This document shows, piece by piece, positions 46,505-55,654 of a stretch of 64,000 nt of DNA (positions are counted from its first letter, which is position 1; every line of letters starts with the position of its first letter). Both the position numbers and the translations under genes were made by a program. This DNA is from a virus: positions 76,788 through 140,787 of the IMG/VR virus record IMGVR_UViG_3300025666_000002. One strand, 5' to 3'. The notes beneath the pieces were generated by a model. The model had not been told where the DNA came from, did no database searches, and saw nothing but the letters and a program-made list of their open reading frames with translations.

Positions 46505-47788
46505 TTATGGTTTTCTCATGAATGAAACTGTAATGTAACGGCGGCCATTATAAATTGGCCTTGCTCCGTGCAGGTGAGTCACCATACCTGGATGCAGAGT
46601 TGCCGTACCAACTCGATCTGGATTAGATAGTTTATTGTATTTCGGGAACCATGTACCACCGCCATCAAACTCGTCATTTAGTTTGACAACTACAGTTACA
46701 TGACTAAAGTCATGGTGCAGTGAAAGGTGTGCTTGTCTATCTGGCGTATACCTTGCTAAGAAGCTTTCAGCTTCCATGTTTAGCCAGTCATCACCATGTA
46801 GATCCCAAATGTGAACGCAGAGTGGATAGACAAAATCTTTTAGAACTTGATCGTAGATCTTACCCATACCAATGTCTTGTAATAAGACATCATTTGTCGG
46901 ATAGAACTCATGTCGATTCTCAGTCCAGTTATTCTTAGCCTCTGCCAATGCAATTACTTCAGTACAGAACTTCTCGGTGAAGAGCGGAAACTCGTAGATG
47001 TTGTCTCCTAAATCATCTAAGATCAGATCCCATTCTCTATGCGCAATAATTGGATTAATATACTTGTTGGTCCAAGCTGCCCAATCTCTAGCGTCCAAGA
47101 TTTCAAAATAATCCAGAACTTGCTCTGTTGTAGATTCTGATGCCGGTCTATTCTGAACAACATAATTATCTTTCGTAGCAAAACTCTTTAATTTAGGTTT
47201 AAACATTTTTGCAACGTCTTTACGCGGATGCTTCATCTGCATCGCCATCAGATATTCGTCAGATGGTATTATATTAGCTTTGATCTTGTCGTTGACTAAT
47301 TTCTTAGCGGCACTTAGTTTGATCAGATACGCATGTGAGTTGTAGTATTCTTTTGGTTTTACAAAGTTATCAAGGACAACTTCTTCATCTTTGTGAAATA
47401 CATTACGGCCAAGTGGCATGAACTCCCATTCTGGTAGACCAGAAAGATCTAAGTTTGACAGAGAACCTGAAGCATTGAAGTCTTCTTCTAAGACTAACGC
47501 AGTCTCAACTCCGTCTTCAATCATCTTTTCCCAGACCATAATATGACTAATCATACAACCAGCCTCACCTGGTTTTACAGGTCTATTATACCATTTATTA
47601 TCAGAGTCTTCTATAGCCCAATCTGAGTATGTGCTGTAGCCTTCAGGTAGATCTCCATACCTACCATCATATGCTTGTACAATCTCGTACTGTGTGCCTT
47701 CTGGTACGCCTAGTCGATTAAGTCTACCTAAGACGTCATCAACATGGTTGTTTGGTTCTAGATGTATTACGTAAATTTTGTCTATCAT
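46505..47788 (-). CDS. fusion of GT25 glycosyltransferase and PLOD-like 2OG-Fe(II) lysyl hydroxylase
   Basis: IYVIHL, GEAGCMISH, LVLEED, PSDEYL; C-terminal LHHD, GGGT, HPG, HLHG, RYITVSF. Confidence 0.85.
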   Translation of the reverse strand: MIDKIYVIHLEPNNHVDDVLGRLNRLGVPEGTQYEIVQAYDGRYGDLPEGYSTYSDWAIEDSDNKWYNRPVKPGEAGCMISHIMVWEKMIEDGVETALVLEEDFNASGSLSNLDLSGLPEWEFMPLGRNVFHKDEEVVLDNFVKPKEYYNSHAYLIKLSAAKKLVNDKIKANIIPSDEYLMAMQMKHPRKDVAKMFKPKLKSFATKDNYVVQNRPASESTTEQVLDYFEILDARDWAAWTNKYINPIIAHREWDLILDDLGDNIYEFPLFTEKFCTEVIALAEAKNNWTENRHEFYPTNDVLLQDIGMGKIYDQVLKDFVYPLCVHIWDLHGDDWLNMEAESFLARYTPDRQAHLSLHHDFSHVTVVVKLNDEFDGGGTWFPKYNKLSNPDRVGTATLHPGMVTHLHGARPIYNGRRYITVSFMRKP

Positions 47789-47798
47789 TGTAAGCTGC

Positions 47799-48884
47799 TT
47801 ACACTTTATTTATTTCATTTATCTTTTCAGGCGTAAGTCTCTTTAAGAATTCAACAAAGAGCTTAATACAGTTCTTAACGTCTTTCTTGTGTGCCATTTC
47901 CACAGTGGTGTGCATATACTTAAGTGGAGTTGCTAAGATTGCAGTTGGTGTATTCTCCATAAAAAAGGCCATTGTGTCGTTACCATACGAGCCAACTGTT
48001 AATTGTATCGGTATCTTATTATCTAACGCTACCTCTCTTAACATATGGTTAATCTCTCTGTGATTCTGAGCTGTATATTCTAGACAAGGTCCTTCACCAC
48101 CTTTATTATCACCATCTTTAGCCTTTTCAATCTTCGGTGTGTTCGTATTGTGGCAAACATCATGTACTAGTGCTAGATCTGCCTGTAACTCTTTAGCAAT
48201 CTTCTTAGCGCCGTAGAGGCCAACCTCTTCTTGTACTGAGTTAACGACATAAAGATCATAAGGTAGATTAATACCTTCGTCTACGATTGTTCTAAGCACT
48301 TCTGCGATGATATAACCACCAATCTTATTGTCTAATGATCTGCCCACGTAGTAGTCTCCAATCTCTTCTAATTGCGTATCAAACGTGATGAGGTTACCAA
48401 CTTCAACGCCAGCTTTCGTAACTGCCTTTTTATCTTTAAGACCAGTGTCTACCCAGAGTTCGTGTTGGTCGTAGCCCATTTCAGTATATGAATCTCTAGT
48501 GTGAATTGCCGGCCAGCCGAAAAGACCTCTGACTTTTGTTCCATTATGTGTGTGAATCATTACAGTCTTCGAAGGTGCAATCATATTATCACTGCCACCG
48601 TGGCGTTTAACTCGAATCATACCACTGTCTTCAATGTGTGTAATAATCCACGCAATCTCATCACAGTGAGCTTCAATAACCACCTTATGAGTATGTGTCT
48701 TGATAGGGTCTCCAGACTTAGCCTTATGTGTTAATATACCGTATGAAGTGCCATAAGCATCTTGCTTTAAGAAGTTAACGTAAGGCTTAATATAGTCTGT
48801 CCAGATCTGTTGGCCTTCAGTCTCTTGCGCAACCGGCGCAAAAGCATTTAGATAGTCGTATAAGAATTGTTTGTTTTTCTTCAT
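47799..48884 (-). CDS. M42 family metallo-aminopeptidase
   Basis: AHCDEI, LDNKIG, VQEEVGLYGA, DV, YMHTTVE. Confidence 0.92.
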   Translation of the reverse strand: MKKNKQFLYDYLNAFAPVAQETEGQQIWTDYIKPYVNFLKQDAYGTSYGILTHKAKSGDPIKTHTHKVVIEAHCDEIAWIITHIEDSGMIRVKRHGGSDNMIAPSKTVMIHTHNGTKVRGLFGWPAIHTRDSYTEMGYDQHELWVDTGLKDKKAVTKAGVEVGNLITFDTQLEEIGDYYVGRSLDNKIGGYIIAEVLRTIVDEGINLPYDLYVVNSVQEEVGLYGAKKIAKELQADLALVHDVCHNTNTPKIEKAKDGDNKGGEGPCLEYTAQNHREINHMLREVALDNKIPIQLTVGSYGNDTMAFFMENTPTAILATPLKYMHTTVEMAHKKDVKNCIKLFVEFLKRLTPEKINEINKV

Positions 48885-48885
48885 C

Positions 48886-49551
48886 TTAAAAATTAGATTG
48901 ATCTTCTTCGTTTCTGTATTTGTTATGGTATTCCATGATCTTGTCTCTAGCCTCTTCTGCAGTATCTACAATTCTAAATAGATCAAAGTCGGATTGGCTC
49001 ATTCTGCCTTGTGCTGCAATTGTCTCTTGTAGCCAGTCAACAAGGCCGCTCCAATAATCTTTACCGACTAAGATAATCGGAAACTTAGGAGTATGGCCGG
49101 TCTGAGCTAGGGTTAAAGCTTCGAAGAGTTCGTCAAGAGTGCCTAATCCACCTGGGAATACAACAAAGCCTTGAGAGTACTTTAAGAACATTACCTTTCT
49201 AGTAAAGAAGTAACGACACTCGATGCCCGTTGTTACATACTTGTTCATGCCAGCTTCGAATGGTAACTCAATACCGATCCCGATTGAATGACCTGCAACT
49301 TCTTTAGCTCCATGGTTGGCAGCTTGCATAATACCAGGTCCTCCACCGGTAATTACACCGAAACCTTCACATGCGATCAGCTTACCGAATTCTTTGGCCT
49401 CTTCATACCACTTGGTTCCAGTCTTAGTTCTTGCGCTACCGAAGACCGAGATACATGGTCCCAGTTCATTAAAAATGTCGAAGCCTTTAGTGAACTCACC
49501 TTGGATCCTTAAGATTTGCCAGGCATCATCTGTCTTATTATGCTCCTTCAT
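48886..49551 (-). CDS. LOG family nucleotide phosphoribohydrolase
   Basis: VFGSAR, TGGGPGIMQAAN, YFFTRKVMF, PGGLGTLDELFE. Confidence 0.92.
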   Translation of the reverse strand: MKEHNKTDDAWQILRIQGEFTKGFDIFNELGPCISVFGSARTKTGTKWYEEAKEFGKLIACEGFGVITGGGPGIMQAANHGAKEVAGHSIGIGIELPFEAGMNKYVTTGIECRYFFTRKVMFLKYSQGFVVFPGGLGTLDELFEALTLAQTGHTPKFPIILVGKDYWSGLVDWLQETIAAQGRMSQSDFDLFRIVDTAEEARDKIMEYHNKYRNEEDQSNF

Positions 49552-49747
49552 CGTTTATAGTTAAGTTGGTGAGTAATTGTTCGTAAGCATCTTGCGCACT
49601 CTCAACGTAGAATACGTCAACGCATTCAACGTTATATTTGTTATGAATAAACTGACCGAATCTCAGGTCATCTGTGTTTCTGCTGTTGCCGTTGTCCAGG
49701 CTCCAGGTTACATGCTCAAGGTTAAGTCTCTTAATCGTTAGTTCCAT
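49538..49747 (-). CDS. hypothetical protein
   Basis: DLRFGQF motif. Confidence 0.6.
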   Translation of the reverse strand: MELTIKRLNLEHVTWSLDNGNSRNTDDLRFGQFIHNKYNVECVDVFYVESAQDAYEQLLTNLTINDEGA

Positions 49748-49760
49748 TGTCTTTAAAATT

Positions 49761-49803
49761 AAAAAGGTCCTAATGTTATATTAGGACCTTTCACTTTTGT
49801 TTA
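49761..49803 (-). promoter_or_regulatory. class II promoter TAAAC-N18-TATAAC with -10 box in terminator hairpin loop
   Basis: AAAGGTCCTAAT-ataac-ATTAGGACCTTTTT. Confidence 0.6.
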
Positions 49804-49810
49804 TTAAAAC

Positions 49811-50197
49811 TTAGTCTAGATATGCAATTTGTGTGTGTCGGTACGGGCGGTTATCTACATAACATATAATAACCATTCCGCCAGTAGTGAATTGTGTAAG
49901 TTCAACTTTAGAACCATTTGAAAAGAGCATCTTTAAACATACATTGCCTTCAGCATCATACATATACCACATTCCGTCTGGTTTACCATCTACATATGTG
50001 CCATTCTGGTGTAGAACACCATCCTCTCTAAACTCTTCGTATTTTAGGATAGGTCTATCAAATGAATCAAATCCTTCCAGGTGGTAGACTTTGTTTTCTA
50101 CCTTTAGTGTTGGATTTTCAAATGTTAATTCATTCTGTGCAAAAGAACTAAAGTTAAACGCCAACACTAAGCCGAATAATAGTAATAACTTTTTCAT
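49811..50197 (-). CDS. secreted MORN-variant repeat protein
   Basis: signal peptide ...SSFA-Q; GTYVDGKPDGMWYMYDAEG. Confidence 0.75.
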   Translation of the reverse strand: MKKLLLLFGLVLAFNFSSFAQNELTFENPTLKVENKVYHLEGFDSFDRPILKYEEFREDGVLHQNGTYVDGKPDGMWYMYDAEGNVCLKMLFSNGSKVELTQFTTGGMVIICYVDNRPYRHTQIAYLD

Positions 50198-50314
50198 ATC
50201 TTAATGTTTTTGATTTACGGCAAGCTTGTACTTACCATATATTTATACATTAAGATAATAATTTGTTTACATTAAGGTAACATTAAAAGATCACTATAAT
50301 ATTGTAATAACATA

Positions 50315-51208
50315 TTATGTCTTCTGGTAGACTGTAACATTACGTACTAACATTACATTCTCGTTTGGCTTAATTCCAGTATTGTGAACGCCGTTATTTA
50401 TGATGATGAATTGTTCTCGCTTCTCGCCGTTATACCATTTTAAGACTTCTGGGTCAGTACATTCAAATACCATGTTACCATCATAATATATTCTGATAAA
50501 GTCTTTCTCCCACCAGCATGCATAATGTACAAATCTACTCGTAGCATTCCAAACTGGCACATCATAAGCTCCGTACATTGCTTTTGTTCCCTCTTCAACT
50601 ACACCGTAATGTAGATTGGGTTGAATCTTAACAAAAGGTCTATTTATAAACAAGAATCGGTCTCTATAGTCTGAGCCATTTTTACTGTAAGCTTCAAATA
50701 TGTCGATTTCAGGCGGCCAAGTGTGTTCACCAGTTAACCAGAATGCTGGCCAAAGTGAAACAGCTTTCGGTAACATAATCTCAGCCTCAAACCAACCGTA
50801 TTGCCAGCTCTCTTTAGTAGTTACTAACCCAACTGCGTAAGGGATAGTAAATTGATCTGGCATCTCATCGTTCTTTCTCCAATCTGGCAGATCTGCTTTA
50901 ACAACATCTAATCCTCGATGGCTCATCTCAAGAACTAACTTGTTATCTCGAGAAACGTAAGTCTCTTTACCTTCGGTATCATAATGTTGGTGTAAATATT
51001 TTGAGTGGAAATTACCCCAAGGCTGACTTAACCTCCATTTATTCTTGTCTATCTTATCAGAAAAGTCATCGTAGAATACTTTCTCATAGCCAGCTGGTCT
51101 AATCATACCTCGATCACCTTCTGGTTTAGTTAGATATGTCTTAAATGCATTCCAACGTAGAACATAGTTCTTAATCGTTTCTCTAATTGGGTGTTTAAAT
51201 AGCTTCAT
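50315..51208 (-). CDS. glycoside hydrolase family 16
   Basis: FYDDF, YGWFE, WPAFWL, WPPEIDIFE catalytic motif. Confidence 0.9.
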   Translation of the reverse strand: MKLFKHPIRETIKNYVLRWNAFKTYLTKPEGDRGMIRPAGYEKVFYDDFSDKIDKNKWRLSQPWGNFHSKYLHQHYDTEGKETYVSRDNKLVLEMSHRGLDVVKADLPDWRKNDEMPDQFTIPYAVGLVTTKESWQYGWFEAEIMLPKAVSLWPAFWLTGEHTWPPEIDIFEAYSKNGSDYRDRFLFINRPFVKIQPNLHYGVVEEGTKAMYGAYDVPVWNATSRFVHYACWWEKDFIRIYYDGNMVFECTDPEVLKWYNGEKREQFIIINNGVHNTGIKPNENVMLVRNVTVYQKT

Positions 51209-51398
51209 ACTCCTTATTTATTTCATCTAATTTGTCAGCAATAAGTTTTAGTGCATTTGAGTTCCAGCTACCCTTTAAACTCGGGTTAGGCCAGTAGTAA
51301 AAGTAACCATCAACGTCTCTGATCAATTCACCAATTGATTTGTTGTTGACTACAATCTCCTTTACGTGTGGTTCTATTTCTATTAGTTCTACTTGCAT
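51195..51398 (-). CDS. hypothetical protein
   Basis: DVDGYFYYWP...IADKLDEIN. Confidence 0.65.
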   Translation of the reverse strand: MQVELIEIEPHVKEIVVNNKSIGELIRDVDGYFYYWPNPSLKGSWNSNALKLIADKLDEINKEYEAI

Positions 51399-51616
51399 CC
51401 TACTGTTGTGTTAATCTCATCAAGGATGTCTACGCTATCCTTTCGAGGTGAATAAATTCTTGCCCAAAGAGAACTCATTTCATCTTTCGGATCTGGTTGA
51501 CTAAGTGCCCATCTTCTAGCAAGTTCAAAGTCTTGAACAGTCCAAGTTAACCTTCCGCTAGGCTCCTTTACAAATAAGGCTCTTACTCTTCTAATAACAT
51601 AATATATTACTCTCAT
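51389..51616 (-). CDS. hypothetical protein
   Basis: 75-aa ORF. Confidence 0.6.
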   Translation of the reverse strand: MRVIYYVIRRVRALFVKEPSGRLTWTVQDFELARRWALSQPDPKDEMSSLWARIYSPRKDSVDILDEINTTVGCK

Positions 51617-51620
51617 AATC

Positions 51621-52730
51621 TTAATTGCTTAATGGTGCTTTAATTCTATCATGTGACTCATAATTTATTAAATGAAAATCATCTTTAGTCAGACCATTTA
51701 CAATTGAGTCTAAATCTTGTCTCCAATAGTCTACATCTTTGCTAATAACAATACTCGGTAAATCAAAAGGCTCTCTTGGGATCTGCTTGCTCGCAGCATC
51801 CATATGATTAGAGTAGAGATGAGTATCTCCTAAACGACCGATCAGTTGGTCTGGAATCATATTGGTCATTTTACCAAAGATAGTTAACAAGAGTCCGTAA
51901 CTTGCAATGTTGAAAGGTACGCCTAAGAAATAATCAGCTGAACGTTGGTTCCAGATCAGAGAGATCTTACGTTTTGGAAAGTTGAACTCATCCAGCTCTT
52001 TAGTGTAGATCTTATCAGCAAATGTAATATCTTTGCCTAGACCTTCACACAATCTTAGTCTTCTCTCGTCCTCTGACATTTCTGTGGTGTAGACTTGGAA
52101 TCCATAGTGGCAAGGTGGAAGAACCATTTGGTCTAATTCACCTACATTCCAAGCGTTGACCATTAACCGTCTACTGTCTGGGTTTGTTTTAAGGTCGTTG
52201 ATTAGATTTTGGATTTGGTCAATTCTTTTTGTCCCATTTGTATATTGAACCTCGCCACCAACTTTTAGATTCATTGGAATTAAAGTTTGAATTTCTAAAT
52301 CTCTCCACTGCTTACCATAGATAGGACCTAAGTCTCCATACATCTCATTGAACTCATCATCTTCCATGATCTTCTGCTCAAACTCTTCCATTGTTAGTCG
52401 AGGAGGGTATGGTGCTGAAAACGGTGGGTACTCGGCATCAAAATCTTTATCATAGACTTTATAAGCATCTCCTGTCCAAATGTGACAGCCGTTCTCTAAT
52501 AAGTACCTTAGATCAGTTCGACCTTGCAAGAACCACAGTAATTCAACTACCATAGTCTTAAATGCCATTTTCTTGGTAGTGAGTAGAGGGAAGCCAGTTC
52601 TCATGTCATGTCTGATCTCTGTAGCGAAAAGAGATCGAGTACCTGTGCCGGTTCGATCTTCTTTCTTTGTGCCCTTTCTGATAATTTTAGCCATTAAGGA
52701 TTGGTAGTCTCTGTCCAGTTGGTTCTCCAT
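51621..52730 (-). CDS. thyA: thymidylate synthase
   Basis: DRTGTGT, FPLLTTKK, GPIYGKQWR, LPPCH, QRSAD..LGVPFNIASY, HLY. Confidence 0.97.
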   Translation of the reverse strand: MENQLDRDYQSLMAKIIRKGTKKEDRTGTGTRSLFATEIRHDMRTGFPLLTTKKMAFKTMVVELLWFLQGRTDLRYLLENGCHIWTGDAYKVYDKDFDAEYPPFSAPYPPRLTMEEFEQKIMEDDEFNEMYGDLGPIYGKQWRDLEIQTLIPMNLKVGGEVQYTNGTKRIDQIQNLINDLKTNPDSRRLMVNAWNVGELDQMVLPPCHYGFQVYTTEMSEDERRLRLCEGLGKDITFADKIYTKELDEFNFPKRKISLIWNQRSADYFLGVPFNIASYGLLLTIFGKMTNMIPDQLIGRLGDTHLYSNHMDAASKQIPREPFDLPSIVISKDVDYWRQDLDSIVNGLTKDDFHLINYESHDRIKAPLSN

Positions 52731-53386
52731 TATTTTAGCTTGTCAGCAAATTTATAGTTTCTAGTGTATAAGTTTAAGTCTTCTTCTCTACTTTTGGTAA
52801 TGATGATGCTATTGTACGCAAATGTTATAGTCTCAATACCTAAAGTGTTTTTAACTCCATTTATTTCTTGGTTAATTCCGTTGACCAGGCCTTTAAAATG
52901 TTCAACGATGTTGAGTGCTCCTACTTCAAAACCGTAGATCTCAACATCGTCGCGCCACCAAGTACATTCAATATCTTCTATAATATAGACTCCACCTGGT
53001 TTTAGATTCTCTTGAAAGAGCTTGTGGAATGTCTTAATCTGGTGTTCAGCAACATGACTACCGTCGTCAATAATAAACTCACAATCTTTAGGGCTAAGCT
53101 GACTGATCTTATCAATACCATCTGGTATGCTTTGATCTGCCTGGATAATTGTTAGCTTCTCGTTCGTAGACTCTTTGGGTAGAATATCAACACCCCACAT
53201 TTTAGCTTTCGGAAAGTATTCATCCCAGAGTTTGAAAGAGCCCATCTGGTCTATGCCAATCTCAAGCATGTTGAACTCTTTGCCTCTAAGTCTTTCTAGA
53301 AAGAGTGGATAGAATCTATCATATCTGTGTCGCCATACCTTATCGGTCAATCCCTCACCGATCTCTCTAAAACTTCTTATAGCCAT
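52730..53386 (-). CDS. class I SAM-dependent O-methyltransferase (sugar methyltransferase-like)
   Basis: TDK..HRY, MLEIGI, ADQS, IIDDGSH, GGVYIIED. Confidence 0.8.
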   Translation of the reverse strand: MAIRSFREIGEGLTDKVWRHRYDRFYPLFLERLRGKEFNMLEIGIDQMGSFKLWDEYFPKAKMWGVDILPKESTNEKLTIIQADQSIPDGIDKISQLSPKDCEFIIDDGSHVAEHQIKTFHKLFQENLKPGGVYIIEDIECTWWRDDVEIYGFEVGALNIVEHFKGLVNGINQEINGVKNTLGIETITFAYNSIIITKSREEDLNLYTRNYKFADKLK

Positions 53387-53398
53387 TCGTCGAACTTT

Positions 53399-53548
53399 TT
53401 AGTTGTCGTTTCCATCTTTACTTGAAGTGTTAATTGCCGGAGCTAAGATTAATGCCCAAAGAGGCGTAAGTGTGCCAGTCATCCAGACTGCGAATCCGAT
53501 TAGGCCAAAGAAGCCTAGATAGATTAATGCTGCTGCTATATTTCTCAT
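53399..53548 (-). CDS. 49-aa two-TM membrane protein MRNIAAALIYLGFFGLIG...
   Basis: ORF below track cutoff, flanked by direct repeats. Confidence 0.65.
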   Translation of the reverse strand: MRNIAAALIYLGFFGLIGFAVWMTGTLTPLWALILAPAINTSSKDGNDN

Positions 53549-53591
53549 TGTTATTTTGATATGTTATCGAACTTTTTAGTTGTCGTTTCCA

Positions 53592-53900
53592 TTAAAAAAA
53601 GCTTTCGTCAATTTCGTACTCGTATTCTTCACCTTCAACTCCCATATCAGTCGGTGAGTTCATTGTGCACAGATTAAATGCAACTGCTTCTGGGCTTTCT
53701 GCATCTTCTTCGTCACCGTAGAATGCGTATTCATCCCAACTCTCTGCTTCCTCGTTCCAAACATAGAACTCTGAAGACTTGTTACTTTCAAAGTATCTGT
53801 ATTCTACTCGAGTGCCGTCAACTTCGATTACTCCTACATGTGTTGTTGACCATGAGACTTCATCAGCCTCTTCTAAAACTTTTACTTTATGCTTCTTCAT
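53592..53900 (-). CDS. acidic hypothetical protein
   Basis: 102-aa ORF. Confidence 0.7.
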   Translation of the reverse strand: MKKHKVKVLEEADEVSWSTTHVGVIEVDGTRVEYRYFESNKSSEFYVWNEEAESWDEYAFYGDEEDAESPEAVAFNLCTMNSPTDMGVEGEEYEYEIDESFF

Positions 53901-53902
53901 TG

Positions 53903-54280
53903 TTATTTTGATATGTTACGTCTTCTAAACCAAGTTTTGGCACAAATCGTCGCCGCACTCACAAGTGCAAGACCACTAATAAAGAATATGCCTTCAAACT
54001 TTTCTGATGAAACTTCATAAGTTAAGAGTGTCCAGCCTAAGATATAGCCAAACCATAAAGCAACCCAGACTACGTCAGGTATACGTTTTGCTCTCTGCTC
54101 TAATTTCACCACTTTCTCGTCGTGAACCACTCTTGACAGAGCGTCTTGTAGGTCTTTACCATAAGCCGGGATCATTTCTGTAGTCCCGTCTGGATTTTGA
54201 ATCTCAACCTCGTATTTCAACCAACCACCAAAGGTCTGGCTCTCTTTACGAAGTGATGCGTTGATAGCTCTTTTTTTCAT
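53903..54280 (-). CDS. membrane protein
   Basis: PAYGKDLQDALSR plus two TM segments. Confidence 0.7.
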   Translation of the reverse strand: MKKRAINASLRKESQTFGGWLKYEVEIQNPDGTTEMIPAYGKDLQDALSRVVHDEKVVKLEQRAKRIPDVVWVALWFGYILGWTLLTYEVSSEKFEGIFFISGLALVSAATICAKTWFRRRNISK

Positions 54281-54510
54281 TTATATTTGTTAATTAAATC
54301 TGCTGATTGTACCGGTACACCTCCGGCAGAACGACTCGTGCATTTCCAGCACAAGACTTTAACTGTGTTCTCGTCTACATTGTGGACTATCTCGTCGCAA
54401 CCACCCGGCGGCGCATATTGGCCCCACTTGCTCTCGTCTGGATTTGAATTCATGCAGAGCAGGCTTTTCGCTTCCCTGTTCTTGCTGCCCCTTGTTTTAG
54501 ATTTGCTCAT
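54277..54510 (-). CDS. small zinc-binding hypothetical protein
   Basis: Cys positions LCMN, GCDE, CWKC; class II promoter upstream. Confidence 0.6.
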   Translation of the reverse strand: MSKSKTRGSKNREAKSLLCMNSNPDESKWGQYAPPGGCDEIVHNVDENTVKVLCWKCTSRSAGGVPVQSADLINKYK

Positions 54511-54526
54511 CTTTACTTAGTTTATG

Positions 54527-54554
54527 GTTATATTTAGAAAACGCGTCTTGTTTC
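54527..54554 (-). promoter_or_regulatory. class II promoter GAAAC-N17-TATAAC
   Basis: conserved spacing. Confidence 0.6.
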
Positions 54555-54826
54555 AACATTGTCTCTAAGTCTTAAAGGTCTAGGGGGAATTTAAAATTAT
54601 TTGGAAATTTTACAACCAAGTCTCTTCTATATTCTATCTATCCCTCTTAATTCTGCGCGCCATAAACGGAAATTTTTGTACCAATACCAATAAGGCAACA
54701 GGCACTCATGGCCCTAAACTGGCCTCTGAATACTCTGAGTACATGGAGAGTACCAACGCGGGCCGACTTGGATCCGTCTCGGTCCTCTTAGAAACATAGT
54801 GGACTTTTTTAATAAAAGACTCTAAG

Positions 54827-55027
54827 ATGAGAAGAGAATTAGAGAGTGCATACTTAAACCTGATAGAACCCACAAACTTTATTCAGACCTTCAGTACTGA
54901 GAAGGAGTTTATTGACTGGTTACTCTTAGGCTCTAGAGAAGACATTGAATGTTGTCTTCAAGCCTTTGAGGAAGCTGAAGAGTATAGATGGTGTTCTGTA
55001 ATACAGAGAGTCCTGAGAGAACTCTGA
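54827..55027 (+). CDS. small protein with UVR-like motif
   Basis: AFEEAEEYRWCSVIQRVL. Confidence 0.55.
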   Translation: MRRELESAYLNLIEPTNFIQTFSTEKEFIDWLLLGSREDIECCLQAFEEAEEYRWCSVIQRVLREL

Positions 55028-55029
55028 CT

Positions 55030-55650
55030 GAACCAGAACGCCCGCGCCCGCCTTTCTAGGCCCCTACAATTTTTTTACTGGCCCTTCTGGGTTCCACGGT
55101 GGGACTCTGACCCCCAGAGCATTCTAAGGCTACTGCAAGGCAGATGGTGTAGATTACTCTGAGAATACTGAGGACTCTGAAGTTACTGAGTACTCTGAGT
55201 ACTTTGAGGACCCGTGCGCGCTCGGCTACTGCGAGTTGCAGGCTGGGCAACTCGAGTCGGCCCTTCTGGGCTCAGTCTGGAATACTCTATTTGGTAATTT
55301 CTCTGCGCGGGGCATGAAGGCCTCTCTCCCGGGGCCCCAATTTTTTGGGCTTGGGTGACATGTTCTCTCTGTGTAAATCTCTCCGGGGTATACTCTTAAG
55401 TACTCTAAGTTGCTCGCGGGGCCTGGTGGCCTTTCCGGGGCCCGTCATAATGCGCGCGCTTTGGTGACTCTTTTTTTGAGGCATGCCTATTATTACCTAC
55501 TGTTCTTTCCTGTGGGTAATCCGGCGAACTCGCCCCAGGATCCCCTAAACTTTGAGAGTCCCAGAGTCTCCAGGCTAACCCTTCTCCTCCTCTCTCGCTG
55601 CTCAAGGTCCTATGCAAGCCCTGGGCCTTTGTTTCACTCTCAGGCTAATT
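55030..55650. other. GC-richer, apparently non-coding region with short degenerate repeats
   Basis: tandem (t)actctgag-like units at ~55154-55210, ggcccttctggg twice (55080, 55259), several GCGCG runs. Confidence 0.55.
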
Positions 55651-55654
55651 CGGC

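Larger units (their letters stand above)
53390..53918. repeat. two interleaved direct-repeat pairs: 26 bp (53390-53415, 53567-53592) and 22 bp (53545-53566, 53897-53918)
   Basis: tcgaactttttagttgtcgtttccat x2; tcattgttattttgatatgtta x2. Confidence 0.9.

Noticed and set aside
1296-54520. Numerous short plus-strand ORFs in the track opposite long minus-strand genes
   Set aside because: Antisense shadows of well-supported genes with no recognisable motifs.
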